DNA of 63,951 nucleotides, filler included, from Licmophora abbreviata (lineage: Eukaryota), in the NCBI GenBank assembly GCA_900291995.1. It is 16 parts of 16 records of this genome, joined end to end, with 100 filler letters (N's around TTAATTAATTAA, not from the genome) between each part and the next. Parts side by side here need not be neighbours in the genome. Positions count along the whole stretch, not along the records: positions 1 to 3,837 come from OLMU01003756.1; positions 3,938 to 8,525 come from OLMU01003757.1; positions 8,626 to 12,143 come from OLMU01003759.1; 13 more parts are not named here. One strand, 5' to 3'. Position numbers and translations under genes: made by a program. Within the stretch, counting starts at the first letter, position 1, and each line of letters opens with the position of its first letter. Shown one piece after another: positions 1 through 9,454 of the stretch. The notes under the pieces were generated by a model. That model had not been told where the DNA came from, made no database searches, and was given only the letters and a program-made list of their open reading frames with translations.

Positions 1-861
1 CACGGCCTCTTTCGTGAGCGGGACGCGGTGTTCCTTGCCCGCCTTCATCCGCTCGGCCGGGATGATCCACACGGCCGCGTCCAAGTCGATCTCGGCCCAT
101 GTCGCGCCGCGAACCTCGCCGGATCGTGCCGCCGTGAGCGCGACGAACTCCAGCGCCCGCGTTGCCATTCCGTCGCGCTTGCGCAGATCGGTGAACCAGT
201 CCGCCGCATCCGTCAGCGAAAGGGCGGGGTTGTGCTTCACCTTCGCCACCTTGCCGGGCTTGGGCAGCACCGCGTCGAGATTGCCGCGCCAGCGGGCCGG
301 GTTGTCGCCCGTCCGGTGCCCGCCGACCGTCGCCCAACTTAGAACTGCCTCAATGCGCCCGCGCAGCCGGGATGCCGTCTCGGTTTTGGTTGTCCAGATC
401 GGCTCCAGCACGCGCAGCACGTCCGACACGTCAATGTCCGACACGGCCATGTTGCCCAGCATCGGCACCGCGTAGGTGTCGAGCGTCGAACGCCATTGCT
501 TTTTGTGTTTCTCGTTTCGGAACTCGGCCGTTCGCGCCTCCAGCGTTTTTTCCATCGCCTGCGCGAAGGTGAGGCGGCGCTTTTCGGCCAAAGGGTCTAT
601 TCCCTGCCAGATCATATCTTTGACGCCGCGCGCCCGTTCGCGCGCCTGCGCCAGTGTCACGTCAGGATAAGAGCCAAGGCCGATCTGGCGGCGCTTGCCC
701 TTCACCGTGGCGCGCAACAGCCATGACCGCGCCCCGGTCGGTGTGACCTGCAACAGCAGCCCGTCAACGCCGCCCACCGCGACGTTGCGATTGCCGCCGG
801 TGCCAGGATGCGCAATCTTGCGAACCTCCACCGCCGACATTTCTTTCGCTTTCCTTGGCAT
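1..861 (-). CDS. P4-type tyrosine recombinase/integrase, 5' part (runs off the window edge; absent from the ORF track)
   Basis: Manual translation from ATG at 861 gives MPRKAKEMSAVEVRKIAHPGTGGNRNVAVGGVDGLLLQVTPTGARSWLLRATVKGKRRQIGLGSYPDVTLAQARERAR. The GL.L.V...G..SW and GLGSYP.VTLAQARE motifs are those of the arm-binding domain of P4-like integrases. Confidence 0.92.
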   Translation of the reverse strand, partial: MPRKAKEMSAVEVRKIAHPGTGGNRNVAVGGVDGLLLQVTPTGARSWLLRATVKGKRRQIGLGSYPDVTLAQARERARGVKDMIWQGIDPLAEKRRLTFAQAMEKTLEARTAEFRNEKHKKQWRSTLDTYAVPMLGNMAVSDIDVSDVLRVLEPIWTTKTETASRLRGRIEAVLSWATVGGHRTGDNPARWRGNLDAVLPKPGKVAKVKHNPALSLTDAADWFTDLRKRDGMATRALEFVALTAARSGEVRGATWAEIDLDAAVWIIPAERMKAGKEHRVPLTKEAV

Positions 862-1007
862 GATACACCATCCTTCCTACCCGCCTATAAGGTATGGCAT
901 TGGACGGTATTTGGCGCAACAAGTTGTTACAGGAAAATATACTAAATCATTGTTATACAATGGTTAAAAGGTGCGTGTCGTTACATGCTGATACTTGGGC
1001 ATGGCTG

Positions 1008-1022
1008 CCATCGTCTCCGCCA
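1008..1022 (+). mobile_element. Probable att core: duplicated tRNA 3' end (tRNA-Ser-like)
   Basis: CCATCGTCTCCGCCA ends in discriminator G + CCA and has no upstream T-arm GTTCGA. It lies about 150 bp from the integrase start and resembles the alphaproteobacterial tRNA-Ser(GCT) 3' end as I recall it. Confidence 0.65.
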
Positions 1023-1257
1023 CTTCCCTGAGGTGTTGAAACCACGAGTGCAGAATTACTCTGCATCACGTCGTCGGCTTAGGCTTCAGCGCTTCATGGC
1101 CCATCCCTCTCTTGGACAGATGAACAAAGCCTTATTCGCCTGATTTCAGGGGGTTAGCTCAAGGGCCAGACGCCTGTATCACTCAACGACGGGCAGGCCC
1201 GGAGATGGCTTCCCGTCTTTTCCCAGTCATCCACGTAAATGACGCCGTTTGTCGGGC

Positions 1258-2214
1258 CTAGCCGCGGGTGAAATAGTCCAGCGACCGCCGCAGATCATCG
1301 CCTTTGTATCCGCGCCCGATGAAAACGATCTGGTTTTGACGTTGAGCCGCCTCGGGCGGCAGCAACTCGGGCGGCTGCACGGACTTTCGCACCGCTTGCA
1401 ACAGCAATGGACCTGCGGGCGTTTCGAAGACGCCTTTGACGCGGACCAGATCATCGCCACGTGCATGTATAAGTGCCGACAGCCAAATGGAAAATGTGGC
1501 CCAGTCCACATCGTCCGGGATGTCTATTTTTGTGGGTTGGATCGGCTCTCCACCCTCCAAGATCCGGGGCAGATCATAAGGTGGTACAGTCGGCAAGTCT
1601 GGCAAGACGAAAGGCTCGCCCTTCACGGCAGCCTCGATCCTGGCCACCGGATTGAGATGGCGCACGGTTGCCACGACGGTGGCCAGCACAGTATCGGGAA
1701 CAGAGTCCACCTTGGTCAAGATAATGCGGTCGGCCGCTTCGATCTGCGCCCGTCCCAAATGCTCGGTGCGCAATTGGTCCGCCGCATTCATGGCGTCCAC
1801 CAGCACGATGATTTCGGCCACGCGGATGTGATGTACAAGCACGCTGTCTTGCTGGATCGCATCCAGTATGGCGGCAGGATCGGCAAGACCGCTCGTTTCT
1901 AGGACGATCTGGGCAGTCTGTCGGTCTTCGGGCTTTTGTCTGCTATGGGCATCGCACAGCGCTTGAAGGGCGGTGACAAGATCATCCTTGCCCGTACAGC
2001 AGGCACATCCGCCCGACAACATCGTGACGCCTGCGGATTGCGATGCCAGCAACGTGTCGTCCACCGGAGTTTCGGCAGCTTCGTTGATGAGAATATGGGC
2101 CTTGCCGAAGGCACCTTGGTACAGCTGATGGCGCAGCCAGGTCGTCTTGCCGGAGCCGAGGTAACCACCAAGAATGGTCAGCCGAAGACGGCCATCTTCT
2201 GGCGGCGCGATCAT
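1258..2214 (-). CDS. COG0523/CobW-family G3E GTPase metallochaperone
   Basis: GGYLGSGKTT Walker A, GCACC (CxCC) metal motif, ETSGLADP, TKVD G4 motif, and a CobW_C-like WLSAL...LVRVKG segment. Confidence 0.92.
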   Translation of the reverse strand: MIAPPEDGRLRLTILGGYLGSGKTTWLRHQLYQGAFGKAHILINEAAETPVDDTLLASQSAGVTMLSGGCACCTGKDDLVTALQALCDAHSRQKPEDRQTAQIVLETSGLADPAAILDAIQQDSVLVHHIRVAEIIVLVDAMNAADQLRTEHLGRAQIEAADRIILTKVDSVPDTVLATVVATVRHLNPVARIEAAVKGEPFVLPDLPTVPPYDLPRILEGGEPIQPTKIDIPDDVDWATFSIWLSALIHARGDDLVRVKGVFETPAGPLLLQAVRKSVQPPELLPPEAAQRQNQIVFIGRGYKGDDLRRSLDYFTRG

Positions 2215-2513
2215 GAGTTGGGTTCGGCCGCGGTGAACCGGGGATCAAGCGGATCGATGGGGTGGCCCAATTGCTGCGCCGCTTCCTGCCATACGGCTTC
2301 AAGATCAGGCAGCAATGTCGTGCGACCTGAAAAGGAAGACAGCGCAAAGCCCGGCCCGTGCCCGGGGGGACGCGCCTTGAAGCCATAGCCATTCAGCAAT
2401 CTGTTCAAAATCTGGGCACGGCGCATTTGCAGCCTTAGCCTGTCGCCGGCGTTATCGGCGCCTGCGTCGGTCCAGTGGCCAGGGCGTGTCGGGAAACCGC
2501 ATGCATTGCACAT
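2211..2513 (-). CDS. Small hypothetical protein with N-terminal CxxC...HWTD motif
   Basis: MCNACGFPTRPGHWTDAG. Its stop overlaps the cobW start (ATGA at 2211-2214), indicating translational coupling. Confidence 0.75.
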   Translation of the reverse strand: MCNACGFPTRPGHWTDAGADNAGDRLRLQMRRAQILNRLLNGYGFKARPPGHGPGFALSSFSGRTTLLPDLEAVWQEAAQQLGHPIDPLDPRFTAAEPNS

Positions 2514-2572
2514 CTGAACACCTCATCGAATTGCGGATGGGGCAGCGCGCATGGCGCTGCCCCTTTGCCATT

Positions 2573-3475
2573 TCAAATCACTTCAGGACGCTTGTCGCTA
2601 TCGAACGGGAAGCGCTGTCGGAAGTCGTCCGCAATGGTGTTGAAATCCACCCATTCGACGCCGGAATGCGTGTTGATATACTCGATCAGGCGCTCGAGCA
2701 TCAGCAGAACCTGCGGGCGGCCCGCGACGTCGGGGTGAATGGTGATCGGGAAAACCCCGTAGTCCATTTCACGATAGACCCAATCGAACTGGTCCTTCCA
2801 CATCTGCTCGATATCACGCGGGCTGACAAAACCGTGGCTGTTGGGCGCGTTCTTGATGAACATCATCGGCGGAAGATCGTCGACATACCAGTTTGCGCCG
2901 ATGTCCACGAGGTCGATCTCCTTGCCGTGCTTGAGCGGATGCATCCACTCGCCAGCGGTCTTGGAATAATCGATCACATTCCATTCGTCGCCGACACGGG
3001 CATAGAACGGCTGGAAATCACGGTAGCTTTGGCTGTGGTCGTAGGAAAATCCGTACTTGCCCAACAGCGATGCGGTCACGTTGGACATTTCCCACCACGG
3101 TGCGACATAGCCCTTGGGGGCTTCGCCGGTGAGTTTCTTGATCAGTTCGATGGACTTGACCAGAACATCCTCTTCCTGGGAAGGGGTCATCGCAACCGGG
3201 TTTTCATGCAGATAGCCATGGGCGCCAATTTCGTGTCCCGCCTCGACGATCATGTCCATCTCTTTCGGAAATGTCTCAATCGAGTGGCCTGGGATGAAGA
3301 ACGACGTCCGCATCTCGTATTTCTTGAACAGGCGCAGCAGGCGCGGCACGCCGACTTCGGTCGCGAAGATGCCGCGCTGGATGTCGTTGGGTGAATCTCC
3401 CCCGCCATAAGAGCCGATCTGGCCCGCGACAGAGTCGATATCCGTGCCGAAGGCACAGTAGATTTTCTTGGTCAT
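2573..3475 (-). CDS. CE4 polysaccharide-deacetylase-family hydrolase (HP0310/PgdA- or PuuE-like)
   Basis: [46 protein letters not shown] and [10 protein letters not shown] motifs; GAGGAG RBS. Confidence 0.9.
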   Translation of the reverse strand: MTKKIYCAFGTDIDSVAGQIGSYGGGDSPNDIQRGIFATEVGVPRLLRLFKKYEMRTSFFIPGHSIETFPKEMDMIVEAGHEIGAHGYLHENPVAMTPSQEEDVLVKSIELIKKLTGEAPKGYVAPWWEMSNVTASLLGKYGFSYDHSQSYRDFQPFYARVGDEWNVIDYSKTAGEWMHPLKHGKEIDLVDIGANWYVDDLPPMMFIKNAPNSHGFVSPRDIEQMWKDQFDWVYREMDYGVFPITIHPDVAGRPQVLLMLERLIEYINTHSGVEWVDFNTIADDFRQRFPFDSDKRPEVI

Positions 3476-3518
3476 TTTGGGTCTCCTCTTCTTTGTTTCA
3501 GTCGGTGTCAGCGCGGCA

Positions 3519-4958
3519 CTAGCCGCGGATGATCTCTTCGCAGCTCAGAGCTGCGGCCAGCAGGGCGGTGTCTTGACCGGTCGGGGCTGACAGCAGGAAG
3601 CCCGTCGGCATGCCATCGGCATCGGTGCCGTTCGGAATGGAAATGCCACACCAATCAAGGAAATTGCCCAGAGAGGTGTTGCGCAGCGTCAGGCCGTTGT
3701 GGCGAAAGAAAACCTCCTGATCCGCTTCGAGCGGCTCGATCTCCATGGCGGTGGTGGCCGTGGTCGGGCACAGCACGATTGATCGGCCCATTCTGGCCGC
3801 GATCGACGCCATCATGCGGGTGCGGGCCTGTTGCAGTNNNNNNNNNNNNNNNNNNNNNNNNNNNNNNNNNNNNNNNNNNNNTTAATTAATTAANNNNNNN
3901 NNNNNNNNNNNNNNNNNNNNNNNNNNNNNNNNNNNNNCAGCGCTCATGCTTTCGGCCAGCCTGATGCGGCGTACGACGCGGGCATCCATTTGCGCGGCTG
4001 CAGGGCCGCACACCCGCTCGCGATGCAGCGCCAGCGCTTCCGCACCAGCCAGAAAACCGTGCTCGGCGATCAGGTCGGTCAGTTCCGACAGTTCAGGAAG
4101 CGAGATGCGCTTGATCCTTGCTCCCGCAGTCTCGAGCCTGTCCACGGTCGCGTTGAAATTGGCCGCGACCGATGGCGCAAGCCCATCCAGCAAGATCTCG
4201 TCCGGGATGACGAAGGACAATCCATCGACATCTACGGGCTGTGCCTCGGGGATGTCTTTGCCGCGCAGGACCGCGTCGAACAGGGCGCAATCGGCAACCG
4301 TGTGTGCCAGTGGCCCGATCGTATCGAGGGATTTCGCCAGCGGATAGACCCCGTCCATGGGATAGCGGCCCGAAGAGGTCTTGTAGCCCACCACGCCGTT
4401 GAAAGAGGCCGGGATACGGACCGAGCCGCCCGTATCCGTGCCTATCGAAATAGGGACGATCCCGGCCGAAACGACCACGCCGGACCCCGAAGATGACCCG
4501 CCTGGGCTGCGTCTTTGACCGGTGGGGGCATGCACATTGCAGGGCGTGCCGTAATGTGGGTTGAGGCCGATCCCTGAAAAGGCGAATTCCGTCATGTTGA
4601 CCGTACCGGTGGTGATCATCCCGGCCCTGTGGGCTGTGGCGATCACCGGTGCGTCGGCCTCCGCGGGTGTATCTGTTCTGGTGACGATGGCTCCAGCGGT
4701 GGTCACGCGGCCTTTCAGGTCAAAAAGGTCCTTCCACGCCACTGGCACACCATCCAATGGGCCTGCCGGCAAGCCTGACTTGAACCGCAAGCGCGAAGCC
4801 TCGGCCTCGGCCATCGCGCGCTCGCGGGTCGTTTCGATGTAGATTGCGGTGTCGCCGTACTGTTCCAGACGGTCATATACCTCTTCGGTCAGCGTAACGG
4901 GATCAAGTTTTCCGGAACGCAGTCCCTCTGAAATATGCTGTGCGGTCGTATAGGCCAT
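3519..4958 (-). CDS. Amidase-signature-family amidase (interrupted by gap 3838-3937)
   Basis: [13 protein letters not shown] and [13 protein letters not shown] motifs; the C-terminal part ([18 protein letters not shown]...GMPTG) lies on the other side of the gap. Confidence 0.9.
3838..3937. other. Artificial contig spacer, first of 15; the others start at 8526, 12144, 24424, 27436, 33526, 36597, 45055, 48195, 51166, 53162, 56405, 59069, 61091 and 62831
   Basis: Identical N44-TTAATTAATTAA-N44 blocks that place stop codons in all six frames. Confidence 0.98.
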
Positions 4959-4974
4959 TAAAATTGCCTTGCCC

Positions 4975-6081
4975 CTAGTTGTCGATCACTGTGGCGTTGG
5001 AGGGGTTCCACGCGACGAAGGCGCTCGACCCGGCTTTGAGGCGGTCGCGGTACTTGTCCACATGCCCCTCGACATTGATCTGATTGCCATCCGCGAAGCG
5101 CACGATCATGTGCATGATATGACCGACGATTTGCAGCTTCTCGATGGTGCATCTGACGGCGTTCGAGCCAAAATTCGCGCGCCTTTCGTCTTCCGGCATG
5201 TCGGCGGGTACAAGATCCACGGCCTCGGCCGGCAGGATGATGCTCATCTCGCGGCCTTCATGGACATCGATACCCGCACGGTTCGCACCGGTCAGATGCC
5301 CAAAGGCTGTTTGCAGGATCACATTTCCATTTTCCTGGCCCACAACGGTTCCTGGCAATATGGTGTTCGAGCCGATGAAGCGGGCGACGAACTGGCTGCA
5401 GGGGCGTGTGTAAAGCTCGCGTGGCGGGCTGACCTGTTCGATGCGGCCCGCGTTCATCACGACAATCCGGTCGGACAGTGCGAGGGCCTCGGATTGCGCA
5501 TGTGTCACGAAGACAAAGGTGATCCCGAGGTCACGTTGCAGCAGTTTCAATTCGTTCTGGATGCTCTTGCGCAGGTTCGCATCGAGCGCGCCAAGGGGTT
5601 CGTCCAGCAAAAGGATGTCCGGTTCGACAACCAGCGAGCGGGCAAGGGCGATGCGCTGACGCTGGCCACCCGACAGGCGCGCGGTCGGCATGTTCGCAAT
5701 CGCGCTCAGGCCCAGCTTTTCCAGGATCTCGTCAACCTTGCGATTTGCTTGATCGCGCGGCATGTTCTTGACCTCGAGGCCGAACAGCACGTTCTGGCGC
5801 ACGTTCATATGCGGGAAAAGCGCATAGTTCTGAAAGATCATCGAGGTGGGGCGCTTCTCGGGGAGCTGGTCGTTGACCCGCTTGCCGCGGATCATCAGAT
5901 CGCCTGACGTGATCGTTTCAAACCCGGAAATCATCCGAAGGGTCGTGGACTTACCACAGCCGGAAGGGCCCAGGAATGCTATGAATTCCCCTTTCTCGAC
6001 ATCCAGATTGAAGTCGATGACGGCCGGTGTTCCATTGTCATAGGTCTTGTAGACGTTCGTGAGCTGAAGATCATAGGCCAA
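4975..6081 (-). CDS. ABC transporter ATP-binding protein (PotA-like), canonical motifs
   Basis: GPSGCGKST, FQNYALFPH, LSGGQRQR, LLDEP, VTH; TOBE-like tail; TTG start. Confidence 0.93.
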   Translation of the reverse strand: MAYDLQLTNVYKTYDNGTPAVIDFNLDVEKGEFIAFLGPSGCGKSTTLRMISGFETITSGDLMIRGKRVNDQLPEKRPTSMIFQNYALFPHMNVRQNVLFGLEVKNMPRDQANRKVDEILEKLGLSAIANMPTARLSGGQRQRIALARSLVVEPDILLLDEPLGALDANLRKSIQNELKLLQRDLGITFVFVTHAQSEALALSDRIVVMNAGRIEQVSPPRELYTRPCSQFVARFIGSNTILPGTVVGQENGNVILQTAFGHLTGANRAGIDVHEGREMSIILPAEAVDLVPADMPEDERRANFGSNAVRCTIEKLQIVGHIMHMIVRFADGNQINVEGHVDKYRDRLKAGSSAFVAWNPSNATVIDN

Positions 6082-6117
6082 GGGAAATGCGTCCTGTTCC
6101 TGGGAAAAGGGAAGGGG

Positions 6118-6143
6118 GGTTCAGCCGGCGGACCGGCTGAACC
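6118..6143 (-). terminator. Stem-loop downstream of the SBP gene (attenuating terminator or mRNA stabiliser)
   Basis: GGTTCAGCCGG-CGGA-CCGGCTGAACC forms a perfect 11-bp stem, followed by a pyrimidine tract on the minus strand. Confidence 0.65.
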
Positions 6144-6152
6144 AATGTCGAT

Positions 6153-7376
6153 TTATGCAGAGAGGAATTCGTCCCACTTCTGGATAAGCAGGTCGTACTC
6201 ATCGGGCCACTGGTGCCAGTAGGCCACGTTGGAGGCGCGCTCTTCCAAGGATCCGCCATCGCGCAAATCGCCTTCCTTGATGCCACGCTCGGTTTCACCA
6301 ACCCACGGCTTGCCTTCGTACCAGAAGGCATATTTGTCAGGATCCATGACGTTCTTGACGTTCGTTGTGGGCGAATAATAGCCTTGCTCTGACACAGCGA
6401 TCGCAGGCGGGCCTGACAGCCAGTAGTCGGCATAGGCTGCGACGGCTTCAAGGTTTGGTGACGTCTTGAGCGGGGCGACACCGATCGCCCAGCCACGATA
6501 GCCGCTTTTCATGGTCGCGTAGGAACACTCGACACCTTGTGCCTTCACGGCCATCACTGCGGGCTGCCATGCGTCTGCAATGACCATCTCGCCGGATGCC
6601 AGCAGGTTCACCAGTTCGCCGAAGTCGCCCCAAAGCGCGCGGAACTGTCCTTCTTTCTTCTTGGAGATCAGGAATTTGGCGGCTTCCTCGATGGCGGCGG
6701 CATCCGGGTTTCCGGGGTTTGACACCTCAAGCAGGTTCAGTTCGTTCATCGCCAGGACGGCTTGACCGAAGGCGATCAGCGGGTCCACGTTCAGGCCGGT
6801 TTTGCCCTTGAATTTCGGATCAAAGAGCGACGACCAGTTGGAGGCTTCTTCCGCATCCACCAGATCGGGACGATAGCCGATGGAGTCGTAGTTGTAGACC
6901 GTCGGCACCATGTTCAGGCGAGTCTGGCTTTCATCCTCCCAAATTTGGCCGACAATCTGCTGATTGAGCGCCCAACGGTCGGACGGGGTTGTGAAGGTTT
7001 CGCGAATTCCCGCCCAGTTCGTCAGGTCCGAAGCGGCAACAGGCGCAAGCTTGTCCGTGGCCACCATCGCCGCAAGACGCTCACCGATGATTTCCCAGCA
7101 GTCATAAGCATCGGAGCCGGACAGAATCTCGGTTTGGGTGTTGGGGAAGATATCCGCCTTGCCGCTAACCGACCCGACGCCGGATTTTTCCTTGAAATCG
7201 TTGAGGATGCGTTCCTGGACGGTCACCGAAAGACCAACGGTCCGCAACTCCTGGTTTGCCAGGTTCGCCGCGAATGCCTGCTGTGCGCCCAGGAAGGGCA
7301 TTCCGCCCGCCGCGAGGGCCGCAGAGCCTGCCGTGGCTTTCAGAAAGTTCCGTCTTGAGAAATTTGAGTGTGTCAC
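6153..7376 (-). CDS. Tat-exported ABC solute-binding protein (PotD/PotF-like)
   Basis: SRRNFLK twin-arginine signal with AFA cleavage site; WSSLFDPKFKGK and LLASGEMVIADAW motifs. Confidence 0.88.
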   Translation of the reverse strand: MTHSNFSRRNFLKATAGSAALAAGGMPFLGAQQAFAANLANQELRTVGLSVTVQERILNDFKEKSGVGSVSGKADIFPNTQTEILSGSDAYDCWEIIGERLAAMVATDKLAPVAASDLTNWAGIRETFTTPSDRWALNQQIVGQIWEDESQTRLNMVPTVYNYDSIGYRPDLVDAEEASNWSSLFDPKFKGKTGLNVDPLIAFGQAVLAMNELNLLEVSNPGNPDAAAIEEAAKFLISKKKEGQFRALWGDFGELVNLLASGEMVIADAWQPAVMAVKAQGVECSYATMKSGYRGWAIGVAPLKTSPNLEAVAAYADYWLSGPPAIAVSEQGYYSPTTNVKNVMDPDKYAFWYEGKPWVGETERGIKEGDLRDGGSLEERASNVAYWHQWPDEYDLLIQKWDEFLSA

Positions 7377-7441
7377 TTTTCTTCTCCATGTTGAGGTCGT
7401 TTCGTCTTTGGAAATTGGGAAGTTTTCCTTCCCTTCCGTGT

Positions 7442-8197
7442 TCAGTAGCGCCCGACCATAAGCCCACCATCCACGGTAATAACCTGACCTGTCAGATATC
7501 TCGCGGCGTCGGACGCGAGGAACGCAACGACATCCGCAATGTCATCCGGCAGGCCAATACGGCCAAGTGGAACGATATCGCCCACTGTTTTGGCCCCCTC
7601 GGGTCCAAGGGAGTGTTTTTCCGACAAAAGCTGAGCCGTCCGGATATATCCCGGCGCAACGCCATTCACCCGCACGCCGCTTCGGCCCAGTTCAACCGCA
7701 AGGCCGCGGACCAGACCGACTACCCCGGCCTTGGCTGCCGAGTAGTGCACATGCTCATCCCAGCCATAGGCGACGCCCATGATCGACGAAAGGCAGACGA
7801 CCGCACCCTTGCCGCGCGCTTTCATGCCCGGCACGGCAGGCCGGATAACGCGAAGCATCCCCTTAAGGTCGATATCAAAGGTGTGATCCCATTTCTCGTC
7901 CGTCAGTTGTTCCAGCGGAACACGGTGCGCGATCCCTGCATTGGCCACGATCGTATCTATCCTGCCAAAACGGGTTTCGATGTCCTTTACCACCGCATTG
8001 GCACGATCGGTGTCGCGCACATCGAGATGCTGGAACTCCGCCTCGCCTCCGGCCTTTCGGATCTCCTGCACGATGCTGCGGCCTTCGTCCTCGAGAATGT
8101 CGGTGGCAATCACATGATCACCGCGCGCGGCAAGAGCTTTGGCGGTGGCACGCCCTATGCCGATACCGGCGCCCGTGATCAGAGCAACTGATTTCAT
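7442..8197 (-). CDS. Short-chain dehydrogenase/reductase
   Basis: TGAGIGIG, ANAG and YSAAK motifs; the real start MKSVAL is at 8197 (ATGA overlap with the upstream SDR). Confidence 0.92.
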   Translation of the reverse strand: MKSVALITGAGIGIGRATAKALAARGDHVIATDILEDEGRSIVQEIRKAGGEAEFQHLDVRDTDRANAVVKDIETRFGRIDTIVANAGIAHRVPLEQLTDEKWDHTFDIDLKGMLRVIRPAVPGMKARGKGAVVCLSSIMGVAYGWDEHVHYSAAKAGVVGLVRGLAVELGRSGVRVNGVAPGYIRTAQLLSEKHSLGPEGAKTVGDIVPLGRIGLPDDIADVVAFLASDAARYLTGQVITVDGGLMVGRY

Positions 8198-8525
8198 AGC
8201 ATTACGTCTCCCGAATTTGGTGAAAGCGTCTGGCCGACATAGATGCGCGCCGCGTCGGAACACAGGAACGCAACCGTTTCCGCGACATCTTCGGGTTCTC
8301 CAAAGTGGCCCAAGGGAAGTTCTGCGGCTTTTGCCGCGCGCCATTCTTCGGAAAGCGCGCGTACCAAAGGTGTATTGATCGGACCGGGGGCGACAGCGTT
8401 GACGCGCACGCCTTGGGTTGACACCTCGCGGGCCAGTGCCTTGGTCATCCCGATGATCCCGGCCTTCGCCGCGGAATAATGGACCAACTCGATCCCGCCG
8501 ATCTGGCCAAGTTGCGAGGCCATGT
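8194..8525 (-). CDS. Short-chain dehydrogenase/reductase, 3' part (5' end lost in gap)
   Basis: HYSAAKAGIIG, VRVNAVAPGPINT and YVGQTL motifs. Confidence 0.85.
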
Positions 8526-8625
8526 NNNNNNNNNNNNNNNNNNNNNNNNNNNNNNNNNNNNNNNNNNNNTTAATTAATTAANNNNNNNNNNNNNNNNNNN
8601 NNNNNNNNNNNNNNNNNNNNNNNNN

Positions 8626-9454
8626 CTGCCACCACGATGCCCAGCAGGATGGTCAGGATCACCCCGACAACCGATGCCATGGCCCATTTCAGCGATCCCA
8701 CCTGGGTCACGATGATATTGCCCAGAAGGTTCACCTTTCTTCCGGACAGGGCACCCGATGTCGCGAATTCGCCCAGAACCATCACGCTGACGAAGATCGC
8801 GCCAACCACGACCCCGGGCAAGCTGAGCGGAAAGATGATCTTCCAGAAGATCCGTCCGAACCCGGCACCCAGGTCGCGGGCGGCCTCGATGATGTTGCGA
8901 TCGATCCGGCCCAGCATGAAGGCGATCGGCCCCACCATGAAGACGACATAGATCTGGGTCATGCCGATGATGACCGAAAGTTCGGAAAACAGAAGAACCT
9001 CGATCGGCGTGTCGATAAGGCCGACTTTCTGAAGGATGATGTTGATCGCCCCCTCCTTGCCCAACATGGGGCGCCAGGCCAGCACCCGGATCAGAAACGA
9101 GGTCCAAAAGGGGATCACGCACAGCACAAGCAAGACTGTTGCAACCGTCTTGCTCTTGACCAGCAAGCCCACGTAGAGAGCGGCGGGATACCCGATGAGG
9201 AAGGTCATGGTAAGAACGATCAGCCACAGCCGGATCGTGGTCCAGAGTGCACCGACATAGGCCTCCGAGCCGAAGAAGTTCCGCCAGCTGTCCAGCGTCA
9301 GTGTCGAGTTTATCGCGAAGGTCGTCTGCGTCCAGAACGAGACGTAAACGATCATCATGATCGGCGCGACCAGGAACAGGATCATCCAGACGACGCCGGG
9401 AGCAAGCAGCTGGAACGTGGTTGCTTTCTGCCGTTTGCCAATTGCCGCACTCAT
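8626..9454 (-). CDS. ABC transporter permease (PotB-like), 3' end lost in gap
   Basis: Multiple TM helices, PFWTSFLIR, and EAA loop IIEAARDLGA; start MSAAIG at 9454 overlaps the ATPase stop. Confidence 0.9.

Noticed and set aside
14..967. Plus-strand ORFs at the left edge
   Set aside because: They are antisense shadows of the integrase on the minus strand.
1149..1200. tRNA-like start GGGGGTTAGCTCAAGGGCCAGACGCCTG
   Set aside because: It resembles a D-arm, but there is no T-arm GTTCRA, no acceptor-stem pairing and no CCA; it is chance or an unrecognisable relic.
3882..3893. Recurring TTAATTAATTAA palindrome as a biological repeat or CRISPR-like element
   Set aside because: It is always centred in N44 blocks, so it is an artificial six-frame-stop contig linker. 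ORF ends reading XXXLIN are artefacts.
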